A program made the translations under genes and the position numbers. A DNA stretch of 63,998 bases, the filler included, from Octopus bimaculoides (taxonomy: Eukaryota): assembly GCF_001194135.2 (NCBI RefSeq). It is 9 parts of 9 records of this genome, joined end to end, with 100 filler letters (N's around TTAATTAATTAA, not from the genome) between each part and the next. Parts side by side here need not be neighbours in the genome. Positions count along the whole stretch, not along the records: positions 22,909 to 32,418 come from NC_068989.1; positions 32,519 to 41,362 come from NC_068999.1; 7 more parts are not named here. The stretch is one strand, 5' to 3'. Below, piece after piece: positions 24,958-37,810 of this stretch. Every line of letters starts with the position of its first letter. Positions within the stretch are counted from its first letter, which is position 1. The notes below the pieces were generated by a model. It was given only the letters and a program-made list of their open reading frames with translations, was not told the DNA's origin and did no database searches.

Positions 24958-25057
24958 TTAGTAATATTTATGCTGCTTTTAAATAAAGCATATTACTCTA
25001 CCTCTGGTATTTGAGTACTCTTTTTTCCACCTTGTTTCACATTTATGTGCTTACTCT

Positions 25058-25100
<43 letters not shown>

Positions 25101-25205
25101 GCATATATATACATATGATGCAAGGTATATGTGTAGATATATATATATATCTGTGAGTGTGCGCGAGTACATATATATATTAATTGTGTATCTATGTGTG
25201 TATCA

Positions 25206-25241
<36 letters not shown>

Positions 25242-25582
25242 CCACACGCACATACATGCATATGTTTCTACAAAAAGAATTATTTGGTTAAATATATAAA
25301 TGTTTCATAGTTATGCTGGAAATACATTTTTGCGCAAAACATATTGTTAGAGGGCTTAAATAGTGCATACGTGCATATTTGCATACACCATACATCTAAT
25401 AAAAAGGGACTCTTGTAAATGTGATCGACCTGTGTGTGTATATGTTTATATATGCGTGTGTGTACTCAATTATGAGACAAGTGCTTGTGAACAAATCAGT
25501 AATTAAAGTAAATTAAAGGTTATCAAATAGAGAAAAAAATATTCATTTTAACAAAAGAAAAAAGGGGTGTTAATCCTTTTAT

Positions 25583-25737
25583 AGGTGCAGGCATGGCTGT
25601 GTGGTAGGAAGTTTGCTTCTCAACCACAGGGTTCTGGATTCAGTCCCACTGCATGGCACCTTGGGCAAGAGTCTTCTACTAAAGCCACAGACCGACCACA
25701 ACTTTACTTAGTTGACAGAAACTAAAAGAAGCCACCA

Positions 25738-25778
<41 letters not shown>

Positions 25779-25985
25779 GTATTTGGTCCCCACTGCCACT
25801 TGACAACCAGTGTTGGTTTGTTTACATCCTGATAACCTAGCAGTTTGCTAAACAGTGATTGATATAATAAGTATCAGACAAAAATACAAAAGGACTGGTG
25901 TCGTTCTGTTTGACTAAAAACCTTTGGAGGAGGTGCCCCAGCATGGCCTCAGTCTAATGACTGAAATGAGTGAAAGATAAAAGAA
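25583..25985 (+). mobile_element. tRNA-derived SINE family A with internal (GT)n
   Basis: Head GGCTGTGTGGTAGGAAG..GATTCAGTCCCAC, CTTGGGCAAG block, tail GACTGAAATGAG. Confidence 0.85.
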
Positions 25986-26750
25986 AGCCATTCAACTAAA
26001 TACACTAAAGAAAGGGTTCACTCACTGAAACCACTCCTAGCCCCCACAGGTGGCCCCTCTATAGCTAGAGTAGCAATTGTGTGGCAGGATCAGTTGGTTC
26101 ACATGTGTGTCTGTTACGGCTACCCATCTCCCCTCCGTCCAGCATGACCCCACTACTCTGGGGTTGTCAGTCAGTTGTCATCTGTCCCTGCCTATGACAT
26201 ATTTCATACATTAGCCTAGGGGCCAAAAATAGAGCTATGAGACCACATGGTAATTGTTGTCACATGAGCACATGGTTCTATGGGTTTTGCTGGGTGTGAA
26301 CTGCTCACTCCCTCTCTCTTTCTCTCTGTCTCTCTCTGTTTTTCTGTCTGTCTTTCTTCCTCTCTCCCTCTCTGTTGTCTTCCTCACCATGTATAACATG
26401 TAGCAGATGTTCTCATATATCACATCTCTGATTGTGGACTCTGCCAGCTCAAGCTGGGGTTGATGTTGGTTATGTAGTGGACATGCTGGATGGATTTGGC
26501 CACCCTGATGATGTTTGGATGCCAGGAATACCCCTATCTCTGGGCTAGGAATGACACACCCAACTTAGAATTTAACTTCATTTGATCAGAGCAAAATTCA
26601 TGTTGAAGAGGAAAATGTGTGTGTGTGTGTGTGTATGTGTGTGTGTGTGTGTGTGTGTATGTGTGTGTGTGTGTATGTGTGTATGCATATGTGTGTGTGT
26701 GTGTCAGGGTTCATGGCCATATATATATGAATGAAATAAATGTGTTTATA

Positions 26751-26802
<52 letters not shown>

Positions 26803-27096
26803 CATACACATAAACACACACACACACACACACACACATGCAGACACAAACACATAGATAGGTAGATAGATAGATGTGTGTGTTTGCGTGTACACACACA
26901 AGACAAAATATGAGGAGCTAATTTTAAAATATTCAGTCACAATCTCTTCTGTTTTGTTTTGTTTTCTCCGTGTTGTCTGTAACCTATCCTAAATCCAGAT
27001 TTACGTCTGATAACATAAGGATAATAACATGAATGCAGTTCTACATAAAAGTTATTTATCATGCAATTTAAAATTCAATTCAGGCTGATACATACA

Positions 27097-27145
<49 letters not shown>

Positions 27146-27148
27146 GTA

Positions 27149-28094
27149 CACACCCAGAACCACTCTAAAAGCTTAGGAGTGAAATTTAGGAATTCTCGAT
27201 TTTTTTCCCTTACTGGCACTTGTGCCGGTGGCACGGGAATAAACATTTGAGCGAGGTTGTTGCCAGCTTACTGGTTCCTGTGCAGGTGGCATGTGAAAGA
27301 CACCATTTTGAGCATAGCTGTTGCCAGTACTGCCTGACTGGCCATTGTGCCATTGGCACGTAAAAGCACCCACTGCACTCTCGGAGTGGTTGGCATTAGG
27401 AAGGGCATCCAGCTGCTGAAACTCTGCCAGACCAGATTGAAGCCTGGTGCAGCCATCTGATTCGCTAGTCCTCAGTCAAATCATCCAACCCATGCCAGCA
27501 TGGAAAGCGGACGTTAAACGATGATGATGATTTTGATAAAACTTTTCCCAGCTGGTTTGCACACTATGGCAACACCATTGTTATGTTTGCATTTTTCTGT
27601 GTAATGACTTTTTCCTTTATTCTAGATTCTTCAGTTTTTGGGTGAACCACAGTAAAAGCTTTTGAATGAAAATTGCCCATTTAGACATTTTTTTGTCAGA
27701 AAATGAAGGGTAATGATACTTATTGGATCGTTTCTTCCTTGGCGAAGGGTCCTTCAGGAACCATCTGTGTCCACATCACAACCTAACTTCTCTGCAATAA
27801 CATGAAGAGAGGTACCTTTAGCACTTTCCTTGATGATGATAGACTTTTCTTCATTGTTAAGGCCTTTTCCACGTCCCATTGTTCTTAGAGAGTAGAGGTG
27901 CTATTAGCATGGTTCACCAAAAAACTGAAGAATCTGAAATAAAAAGAAAGGACATTACACAGAATAATGGAAGCATGACAACGGTGTTGCCATAGTGTGC
28001 AAACCAGCTGGGAAAAGTTTTATCAAAATCGATTCACAGAAAACCAAGAAATCCTAAATTTCACTTCTAAGCTATTAGCGTGGTTCTGGGTGTG
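27149..28094 (-). mobile_element. Internally deleted Tc1-like transposon with about 190-bp TIRs
   Basis: TIRs start CACACCCAGAACCAC (TA on the left); arms 27149-27648 (interrupted) and 27911-28094; core encodes MGRGKGLNNEEKSIIIKESAKGTSLHVIAEKLG (HTH). Confidence 0.8.
27200..27530 (+). mobile_element. RTE 3'-UTR-derived element inserted in the left Tc1 TIR
   Basis: Reverse complement of 10186-10640; ends GCGGACGTTAAACGATGATGATG. Confidence 0.85.
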
Positions 28095-28447
28095 TGTGTA
28101 TACATACGTACATACATATGTATGTATGTTATTATACTTGGGGATGGTTGTATTTTGCCAACCAAACACGCGCATACTATGGCAAAATATGACCTTCCCT
28201 AAGTATAACAATATCTGTTTCAACACAGGATTCCACTTCAAGAATCTTGCAAAACAAATACATAAACATATATATATATATATTTATTAATCTTAACCAC
28301 GAATATTATTAACTGTGATTTTTAAGTTTCAGCCAGTTAAACCATTGTTGAACCTTAAAGGCACAGCCAAAAATGTTCTTGTTTAAGAATAGTAAAAGTG
28401 TGGGGTAACCCATCAGATTAACACACACACACACACGCACGCACACA

Positions 28448-28483
<36 letters not shown>

Positions 28484-28495
28484 CACACACATGCG

Positions 28496-28540
<45 letters not shown>

Positions 28541-29235
28541 CTCTCCTCAACATGAATTTTGCTATGAATTGACTGAGAGTGTTGAGTCCCTCCATCAGCA
28601 AATGTTCTGTTTTTAAATATGCTTGAGAGTAAGAACTGCACATCCACACGCACACGCAATTTATATATATATATATATATTTATATATTAAACTTGTGTT
28701 CTTTTTTACAAAAGCCACACCTGAAACCATCCCTAGTCTGGATCTATAACTTGCGTTGGATTAGGAGCCTATGTGTATGTGTTTATGTATGTATGTATGT
28801 ATGTATTCGTATATATGCACATATATAAATGTATGTATATGTATGATGCATGTATGTATGTGTGGGTCTCGACCCTTTCCTGGTGTCCTGAATGCTAAAA
28901 TATCTAGATTCTAATGAATTGTACAACTGATTTATATATATATGTATATATGTGTGTGTGTATTATATGTAACATAAAAGAATGGAGAAGAGCTTTTAGG
29001 AGACAATGGAACTAAAAGAATATTCTCTTTTTTTTTTTTTTTAGATAAGATATTACACACTTAAAATGGAAAATCTTGAAACTTCTAGCATAGTATTCAG
29101 ATGAAGTAGCTAGGGTGAAAATATATTGTAACTATCATAGTTGATAGCATAAAAAACATATGGGCATATTAGATGCTCTCCCCCACTCTAAATTTTAGCA
29201 GCACATATTCAAGAAAAGGTTTTTTTTTTAGTGCT

Positions 29236-29790
29236 TTAAGCCTTTAACATTTTGATTACTCTGCCAAATGTTAAGCTTATTTAGAATTAATTCTGCATTA
29301 TCTTGTATCTTCAAGATTTCAACAACGTGATTGTTTATTTTTTACAATGACATTGTAGGGTAGGTGTGAAAAGTTGGATCTAACTAGTTTGAACATAAAA
29401 TGTAGAGAATTTTATGGCTTGTTTAAAAGCTAGAAGTTTGTTACTGATAAATATTTAATTTAGGTGGTGAATTGGCATATTTGTGAGAGAGTTTGTTGGC
29501 TAGAATAGTTAGCAGTTTTTGGCCAGACTCTGAGTTTTGATCTGGCTGGTTTGAATATAAAACACACAGAATATTTGGGCCAGATATAACTGTTTTAAAT
29601 GCTAAAGGGATAAAGCTAGAAGTTTGTTACACATAATTATTTAATTTAGGTGGTGAATTGGCATATTTATGAGTGTTTGCTGGCTAGAATGTTATGCAGT
29701 TTTTGCCCAGACCATCTGACTTCAGATCTGGTTGGTTTGAACGTAAAACAGGTAGAATATTTGGGCCAGATATGGTTTAAAGCATTAAAG
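29236..29790. mobile_element. piggyBac-like MITE with a partial tandem duplication
   Basis: TTAAGCCTTTAACATT..AATGCTAAAGGGATAA ends; an internal block of about 185 bp is repeated. Confidence 0.6.
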
Positions 29791-30407
29791 AATATACTAT
29801 AGGCTCAACTTTGCAGATAGGATATGGGGTGATTTTTTTTTGAAACATAAAAAAAAAAAGTGTCCATCTTATATGTCATCAATTATGATAAATACAAAAA
29901 AAACAAAAAAAAACCCAGTCCAGATATAAGAAATATATTTGAATTTCTTTCTAAGTATAGGCAGTAAGGATAAAAAATAACAAAAGCTAATGAAATTACA
30001 CTGGATGACAGAAATTTATTTAATGTTGCTTACACCATTTCATTTTCTACATTAAATGTGATATATTTTTCCCTAAAAAATATTGAATTCCACTTTTTTA
30101 AGTTTGTTTCTTTGGTTTTTTTTTACCCTCTCTTTTTTTTGTGTGATTTTTTTACATTTATGTATTTTTTTCTTTATTTTTGTTTGTAAATTCCACATCA
30201 TAATTATCATTATCATTTCTACCCTTTCCGACTTTTCCTTCCACACCATATTTCAATGAAATTTTGGGCTGCAGGCCCTAATGAATTTGTTTTTCAATTT
30301 TTCTTTGTTCTGATTTTTTCTTGTATTACTTTTGCCTCCTCCCCACCCATCCATCACCTCTGTTCAACTTTTGTATTATCTTGTTGTTTTTTGTTGTTTA
30401 ACCCCAG

Positions 30408-30467
30408 GTTAGCCTCAATTGATCAAAAGCAGGCATTCAAGCTGTGGTCATCCCATTATGAGATGCA
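30408..30467 (+). CDS. Probable internal coding exon of an unidentified gene
   Basis: Long pyrimidine tract plus CCCCAG, donor CA|GTATGT; only the phase-2 frame is open: LASIDQKQAFKLWSSHYEM. Confidence 0.55.
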
Positions 30468-30498
<31 letters not shown>

Positions 30499-30589
30499 AA
30501 GACTACATTGTACAATGTATTCTTCCTTTCATTCATTTTTAAAGATGTTGGTTTGTGATTTGGAGATTTGGTTATTATATTTCTAGCAG

Positions 30590-30662
30590 GGCTGTACAAT
30601 CATGTAGAAGTCCACCATTGTTGTTCTATGTTGAAAACCAGTATTCCAGGAGGAACAGTTAG
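30590..30662 (+). CDS. Probable last coding exon of the same gene
   Basis: TTTCTAGCAG acceptor after a 122-nt intron; phase-compatible (Q)AVQSCRSPPLLFYVENQYSRRNS*. Confidence 0.5.
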
Positions 30663-30706
30663 TGGGGTGATGGCACCTGCCGCTGCTACTTCTATTACTA
30701 CTGCTG

Positions 30707-30737
<31 letters not shown>

Positions 30738-30899
30738 AGGGCATTCTTCTAGAAACCTTTACATGCAAGGAGTTACCAATGAGTTAATGGCCAGTATATT
30801 CCCCTGCACCTAACTTCCCCCTTAAAAAAAAAAAAAAGAAAATTATTTTCGGATCATTTTTCGGTGAGGGGAATCCATCTCTATTTTCCCCCTTGTTTG

Positions 30900-31230
30900 C
30901 GTGACCCCACCCAACCCTTCCACCTCTTCCTCCTCCTTGCTTGTGTTCCTCTCCACCTCACCCATCTTTCTTGTCTTCGTTTTCCCTACTTTTTCTTCTT
31001 AGTCTTCTTCTTCCTCATCTCATCTTCTTCTTTGCCCACCTCATCCTTTTCCTCCTCCTCCTCTTCCTTCCCTTTTCCTCATTTCTCTCGTCTTCCTCTT
31101 CTTTCTCCTTCCTCATTCCCTCCTCCCTCTCCTCTCTTCCTCCTCTCTCTTCTCTTTCCTCTCTGCTCTCTCTCTCCTCTTCCTCCTCCCCATCTACCTC
31201 TCCATTTCTTTTCTGTTTCTCTTTTTGTAA
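30900..31230. repeat. Polypyrimidine low-complexity tract
   Basis: Directly visible. Confidence 0.9.
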
Positions 31231-31675
31231 TTACAATTGAGTATTATAGTGTCCATTTCCTAGCTAATGAATCTTCTGCACTGCTAGTTTTTCATTAACC
31301 ATTTTGTAATTCATACTTTGTAATTCATAGTTAACGAGCTATAAGGAAAACATATATGTGTCCTGTGTGGGAGAATTAAAATGCAAAATACAAATAATTC
31401 TCCCCCTCCACACACTTCTGTTTCCTTTCTCACTCACTTGTTCACTACCCTCCTTCTGTTTTGTTTTGTTTTGTTCCTGTTAACTAAATAACACCTGTTC
31501 ACTTTGATGAATTTGTTCACCTTATTGTTTTAAACCTACTTTGGGTAAGTCTTTTTTATTGCTCTACCTTTCAAAAATGGATTTTTTTCTTTTCTTATAG
31601 AAAACAGACTAAAAAATTCTACACTCACATACATGAACATACACACATGTACACATATATTTTAATACCTCTTAC

Positions 31676-31955
31676 ATGGCTCAGTGGTTAGAGTTCGATT
31701 CCTGAACTGGGCTATGTGTTGTATTCTTGAGCAAGACACTTTATTTCACGTTGCTCCAGTTCACTCAGCTGTAGAAATGAGTTGCGACATCACTGGAGCC
31801 AAGTTGTATCAGCCTTTGCCTCTCCTTTGGATAACACCAGTGGTATGGAGAGCAGAGGCTGGTATGCATGGGCGATTGCTGGTCTTCCATAAACAACCCT
31901 TGCTCGTATTTGTGCCTCGGAGGGGAACAATCCTGTGGTCATTCATGACTGAAAA
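31676..31955 (+). mobile_element. tRNA-derived SINE with CORE-like block
   Basis: A box TGGCTCAGTGG, B box GTTCGATTCC, CTTGAGCAAGACACTT..GCTCCAGTTCACTCAGCTGT; related fragment at about 61370-61460. Confidence 0.75.
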
Positions 31956-32015
31956 GTGTCGTTATGTTACATTACATTCATGCACACAAGGAAACACAGG
32001 TAGTGTTAAGGCTGC

Positions 32016-32253
32016 TTGACCCTTTGGACACCATCCTGCTTGGGTTTGCCCTTGGTTCTATGATATTAAATTACTGTTTTAAACTGATTTGATTTAAATT
32101 AAAACCTTCCATCAAAACTTCATGTTAATTTAAGTTCCAAAACATCAGCTTGATAATGACAAAGTAATTCTACTAAATACTTCATTATTTTCAAAATTAA
32201 TTGAAAGAAAAGGCAGTGAATTTCAATGGAAATTTGTTAACACAAGGGGTTAA
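32016..32253. mobile_element. piggyBac-like MITE
   Basis: TTGACCCTTTGG..CACAAGGGGTTAA termini with TTAA-type flanks. Confidence 0.6.
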
Positions 32254-32718
32254 AGAAGATAAAACAGAGAACAAGCAAAAATTGTCTGTCGCAGTGGTCA
32301 TCATTATCTTCATTATAGTCGTCATCATCATTGTCGTCATCATCATTGTCATCGTCCTCCTCCTCCCCCTGTCCTCCTCCTTGTCCTGCCCCTTGTTCTC
32401 CCTTCCTCCACTTGTTCTNNNNNNNNNNNNNNNNNNNNNNNNNNNNNNNNNNNNNNNNNNNNTTAATTAATTAANNNNNNNNNNNNNNNNNNNNNNNNNN
32501 NNNNNNNNNNNNNNNNNNACATATATATGTATGTATGTGTGTGTGTGTGTCTATATATACATATATATATATATATATGTGTGTGTGTATATATACATAT
32601 ATATATATATATGTATGTATGTGTGTGTGTATATATACATATATATATATATATGTATATATGTGTGTATATATACACATATATATATATATATGTATGT
32701 ATGTGTGTATATATACAC

Positions 32719-32793
<75 letters not shown>

Positions 32794-32795
<2 letters not shown>

Positions 32796-33010
32796 AGGAG
32801 ATGCTGAAAAGTTCCAGGGTTTAAGGGGTCGCGAAAGGCATGGTTGGAGGCCCAACCGTCGGACTTCTTTCTTTTATAGGGTGTATAGAAACCGAAGGCC
32901 CACTGCAGTGAGTGTGTGAATAGGAGAGGGGAATAGCATGTACTAAAATAATACAAACACGATATTGAGGGGAATAGCATGTACTAAAATAATACAAACA
33001 CGATATTGAA
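32794..33010. mobile_element. Mariner-type MITE fragment with a 41-bp tandem duplication (32926-33007)
   Basis: Start homologous to the TIR of 42488-42704. Confidence 0.6.
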
Positions 33011-33888
33011 ATGATGAAACCTCAATGTACTCCCAATTCACAAAAAAATAAAAAAATAAATGTAAGTAAAATAAACACAAGTAATGACATACCTTAGTCA
33101 GCTCTCTATCGAAAATCATTTGGGTAGCAGAAGTGAAACATTTTATTCCTATATGCTGAAAGAGCCCGAAAATATCTAAATTTCCTGTAGTACTTGGGAG
33201 GAAAAAGCAACTGTTCTTTTGTTTTTGTTTGCCGATGAAAAGAAATTAATGGCTGGTTAGTTCATCTATCCCTACAACGATATTATTGCTTTCGAAAGTA
33301 AAAATGTCCATGCAGTCGTACAAAGCACGAAAACAAAATTGCCGTTGGGGTATTCATCGACCATCATTTTAAAATCTACTTGACGAACGTTCGTGATAAA
33401 AATGTTCTTGAGGAAACTTGAACATTAAGATTCGAATGAGGCTGTGTTTGTCGTAGTCTCGACGTCAATAACCGATTCAAAGGAAGTGCAGTATTAAATG
33501 AACTTAAACTTCCTGTTTTGTTTACAGAAAACCAAACCTTGGAACTCAACGTTCGAAACCGTGTGACTTTTGGATGTGGGACGTCATTTAAGATAAATAC
33601 AATGAAATAATTCATACAACGATTACCTTCTGTTGAACGCTACAGTTGGAAAACATTCAACTTCAGTGTAAATCCAGTGATCGTGTTCAGACTTACCAGA
33701 AGGAAGTATTTTTTCAAAACTGCATGTTGATGGTGGAGATATACAAAGTTTTATGTAATATTACCAGTTATGTTAGTTAAGGGCATTGGAATGAAAATAA
33801 ATTCAATTTCAATTCACTCTCTTTTCTCTCTTTTTCTCCCTCCCTTTTCCCCTCTATATAAGTGTGTCTATGAACATATATGTGCGTG

Positions 33889-33919
<31 letters not shown>

Positions 33920-33982
33920 CACACTGGCCGTTTTCGTATATGTAAATTGCTTTAATCTATTACGATTTCGAATTTTTTGAAC

Positions 33983-34414
33983 TTACTGAACTTTTAAACC
34001 CCGTACGTTAATACTTAGCCATCTTCTCTCTTCTTTACTTTTTTCTCCTCTTTTCCCTTTTCTTCTCTTTTTTCCAGCATGCCTAATTATAAATCCTTCG
34101 TCCTCCACATTTACCACCACCTCAAAAAACACCTTTCCACGCTTCCTATCCGCTGATCTCAACGTTCTATTAATCTTCCCTTTACTGATTTTCAAAAAAT
34201 ACGCTTCTGTAGTCATGTTTCCTTTCTCAGTCGCTGCCTTCAACAAAACCTCATTTCCAAAGGTTTTCTCCTCCATTTGCACCCTACTTTCCATTCTGCC
34301 TCTGGCATCCTACCCATACTCCGCACCACTTCCTGCCGCCTTCTGCGTGCCACCATTCGTTCTAATTTCTCCAAAATAAACACCCCCGACCGTCTCCTCC
34401 CTCTCGCTTATTCC
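33983..34414 (-). mobile_element. Possible L1/Tx1 ORF1 end and ORF2 APE start, truncated by a gap
   Basis: Purine-rich ORF ending in LSINVRGLK, the NVRGL start motif of APE. Confidence 0.45.
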
Positions 34415-36411
34415 NNNNNNNNNNNNNNNNNNNNNNNNNNNNNNNNNNNNNNNNNNNNNNNNNNNNNNNNNNNNNNNNNNNNNNNNNNNNNNNNNNNNNN
34501 NNNNNNNNNNNNNNNNNNNNNNNNNNNNNNNNNNNNNNNNNNNNNNNNNNNNNNNNNNNNNNNNNNNNNNNNNNNNNNNNNNNNNNNNNNNNNNNNNNNN
34601 NNNNNNNNNNNNNNNNNNNNNNNNNNNNNNNNNNNNNNNNNNNNNNNNNNNNNNNNNNNNNNNNNNNNNNNNNNNNNNNNNNNNNNNNNNNNNNNNNNNN
34701 NNNNNNNNNNNNNNNNNNNNNNNNNNNNNNNNNNNNNNNNNNNNNNNNNNNNNNNNNNNNNNNNNNNNNNNNNNNNNNNNNNNNNNNNNNNNNNNNNNNN
34801 NNNNNNNNNNNNNNNNNNNNNNNNNNNNNNNNNNNNNNNNNNNNNNNNNNNNNNNNNNNNNNNNNNNNNNNNNNNNNNNNNNNNNNNNNNNNNNNNNNNN
34901 NNNNNNNNNNNNNNNNNNNNNNNNNNNNNNNNNNTATATATATGCGTATGTTTCTTTGTGCGTGTAATTTTTTAAAGCTACTTCTACAGATTTTTTATAG
35001 AAATTAAACCCACCACAGAAACGTACGGTGTTTGATTTACGTCTGTGTAAGCAATGCGACCCAAGATAGAAAATACGTAATGGAGGTATATGCATATTTC
35101 AAGACTTCTTGTTCCTTCTTCAGCACCACATTTAACCCATGAACCATCTACCAACACATTGCTAAAATAATCTCTAAATGAACAGCTGTAATACAATTGG
35201 ATATACCAACTTTACGTATTAAACACACTCCTGGCAACTACCACGTAAATATTAATTGCTCGTTAGAACATTGTATTTCGTTATGCCTCCACAATATACT
35301 TCCAAGTATATTGAAAACTCATAAGTCAACGCATGTATGCATACATATATACATGTATGAAAATATGTGGGTATATGTGAGTGTGTGCATATTTATGTAT
35401 ACATTAAACCATTTTACAATACATATGCAAAGTAACTAAGCTCAGCTGTATCTTCCAAGTTATTATGAAGAGTTAGATTTAATTGCAATGTGACTTTATA
35501 TCATTTCATTTTATCTTTCAAAGGTTTCATCTTTAATTAAAAAGTTCATTAATCATAATTATCAAGTGTCTCCTGGTTACTTTAAAATTAATTTTTCAAA
35601 ATAAGGAGTGGATTTTCAAACGCCTTGTATACATGTCTACTATATATTGACATTTGTACCTAATGTGTATATTATATATATGTGCATACATCATGCACGC
35701 AAACACACACATACATCATACATGCAAACACACACGCAAACACACGAGCACGTACACAAACGCACACACACATGTATGTATATTCTTTGTGTGCATAAAT
35801 GCAAAGAAGTAATATTCCCTAAATAATTTTCTTTCGTAAAAAAATACAAATTATAACAATATGAAGAAAATATAACCTATATTCAACGTTAAAGCAATGA
35901 AATATGCTTACGATAATACTGTATATTTTGATGAAAAAAAAATTCTGAATACGCTAAGTCTAATAATCTTCGGTGATTGTAATATAGGTCTGGTAATATG
36001 GAAAATGCAAAGAAGATTATTAGAGTGTCCAAATAAAAAGGTTACTTGTGTTAAGATATATAAGTAGGTTGTTTTCATTCGAATTCGAAGAAATCGCGGA
36101 AACAAAACAATTATCTCTTCGTGTGACAACTTTGTTGTTCACAATTCACCTTGCAATCAATATGTCTGGAAACAAATATCATAATTATATCTATATCAAC
36201 AAATATATATGTATGTAAAAAATATATATATGTATGTCTGTTGTTGTGCGTGTGTGTGTATGTGTGTCTTTGTGTGTGTTAGCATCTAATAGCTGTTTAC
36301 AGTAAGAGAAATGTTTCTAACTGCGTATGTATGAGTTCGAAAATATGTATGCGTATGTACGTGTGCGATTTCAGCGCATGTATTTTGGTTTGTTTGTGTA
36401 TATGTCTCTTC

Positions 36412-36471
<60 letters not shown>

Positions 36472-36929
36472 CTGTGTTTGTGACAGCAGTAGCTACATGT
36501 GTAGTGTATGAATATGTGGATATGTGTGTCTGTGTGGTTGTGTTTATGTCTGTATATATATTCCATGCACTTGTTATTTTTTCTATATCTACACACTTTT
36601 TTTTTTTACAAAACACTATTTTCTATTTGTCTTTCTATATCAAAATATATCGTTTTGTTTTTTGCTTTTCGTTTTTTATGTACATTTTTCTATGTGCATA
36701 CCTCTATTTTTTTGTAAATATTATTGTAGGATTCACTTTTAATGTGTTTCCTTTCTGTTGCTACTTGAATTTTCATATCCAAATGATTATATATAAACGT
36801 CAACATCGATAATATTTTTCAATATAACTATGCACGCTCACGTACACCCATACACATACATTCATATATGTTTGTGCATCTATGTCTAGATACTTATACG
36901 TATACACATCTATCGCGATTTTAAATTTT

Positions 36930-37130
36930 TTTCACAAGGCCAGCAAGTCTGGGAGAGGGAGTACGTCGATTATGTATCGACATCAGTACTCAGCTGGTAC
37001 TTATTTTATCCACCCCAAAATGATGCAAGCCAAAGCTGACATTGGCTGAATACGAACTCAGAACGCGAAGAGGGATGCAATGCCGCTAAGCATTTCGCCC
37101 ATCATGATAACGATTCTGCCAGCTCGACGC
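36930..37130 (-). mobile_element. SINE family B
   Basis: Similarity to other copies. Confidence 0.75.
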
Positions 37131-37589
37131 CTTATTTATACACACAAACATATCAACAACGTGATGGCATGGCGTCGGAGAAACAGAATCGTTTCGGCGC
37201 GGGGAAAAATACCTTGCTGTATTTACTCTAACATTTTTCGTTGTGAGTCACAAACCCAAGAAGTTTAGCTTTGCTTTTATTCCTTTCGAATTCAATTACA
37301 TAAAGTATATACTACACACCGGAATCATTGATATCGACTGAAAGTCACCCCTCAAAAATTGCTGATTTTGTGCCTAAACCAGCATCTGCTGAGATGTTTG
37401 AGATAGGAAGGCTGGTATTTCACTAGTATTTTTAGGGGGGAGGGGCTGGTCTTCGTTAGTCTGAGAACCACTCACCTAATGGTTCCTCATAACAGTAGGA
37501 ACTCAATAGATATTTCACAAAAGATGTTCATAAATTACATAGAATTACATAAATTACACAGCTTCTATGAAGTATTTTCAGCATGTTAA

Positions 37590-37810
37590 CATTCAAAGTG
37601 ACGTGCTGGCAGATTTGCTAGCATGCGGAACAAAATGGTTAGCGCCATTTCGGCCGTCTTTACGATCTGATTTCAAATACTGCCGTTGTCAGCTTTGCCT
37701 TTCATCCTTCAGCGTCGATAACATAAGAAACAGTTTGGGACTGGGGTGGATGCAATCGACTGAAAATCTCCCCTGAACTTTCTGGTCTTGAGCCAAAATT
37801 TGAAACCAGT
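37590..37810 (+). mobile_element. SINE family B, diverged
   Basis: GCTGGCAGA..TTTGCCTTTCATCCTT..GTCGATAA. Confidence 0.7.

Larger units (their letters stand above)
24824..24988. mobile_element. Palindromic element (81-bp arms, 4 mismatches, 3-nt spacer) between TA microsatellites, probably PLE-derived
   Basis: Arms 24824-24904 and 24908-24988 compared base by base. Confidence 0.9.

Noticed and set aside
30568-30813. Longer 81-aa alternative frame over the plus-strand last exon
   Set aside because: Incompatible with the phase of the upstream exon and inflated by a (CTA)n tract
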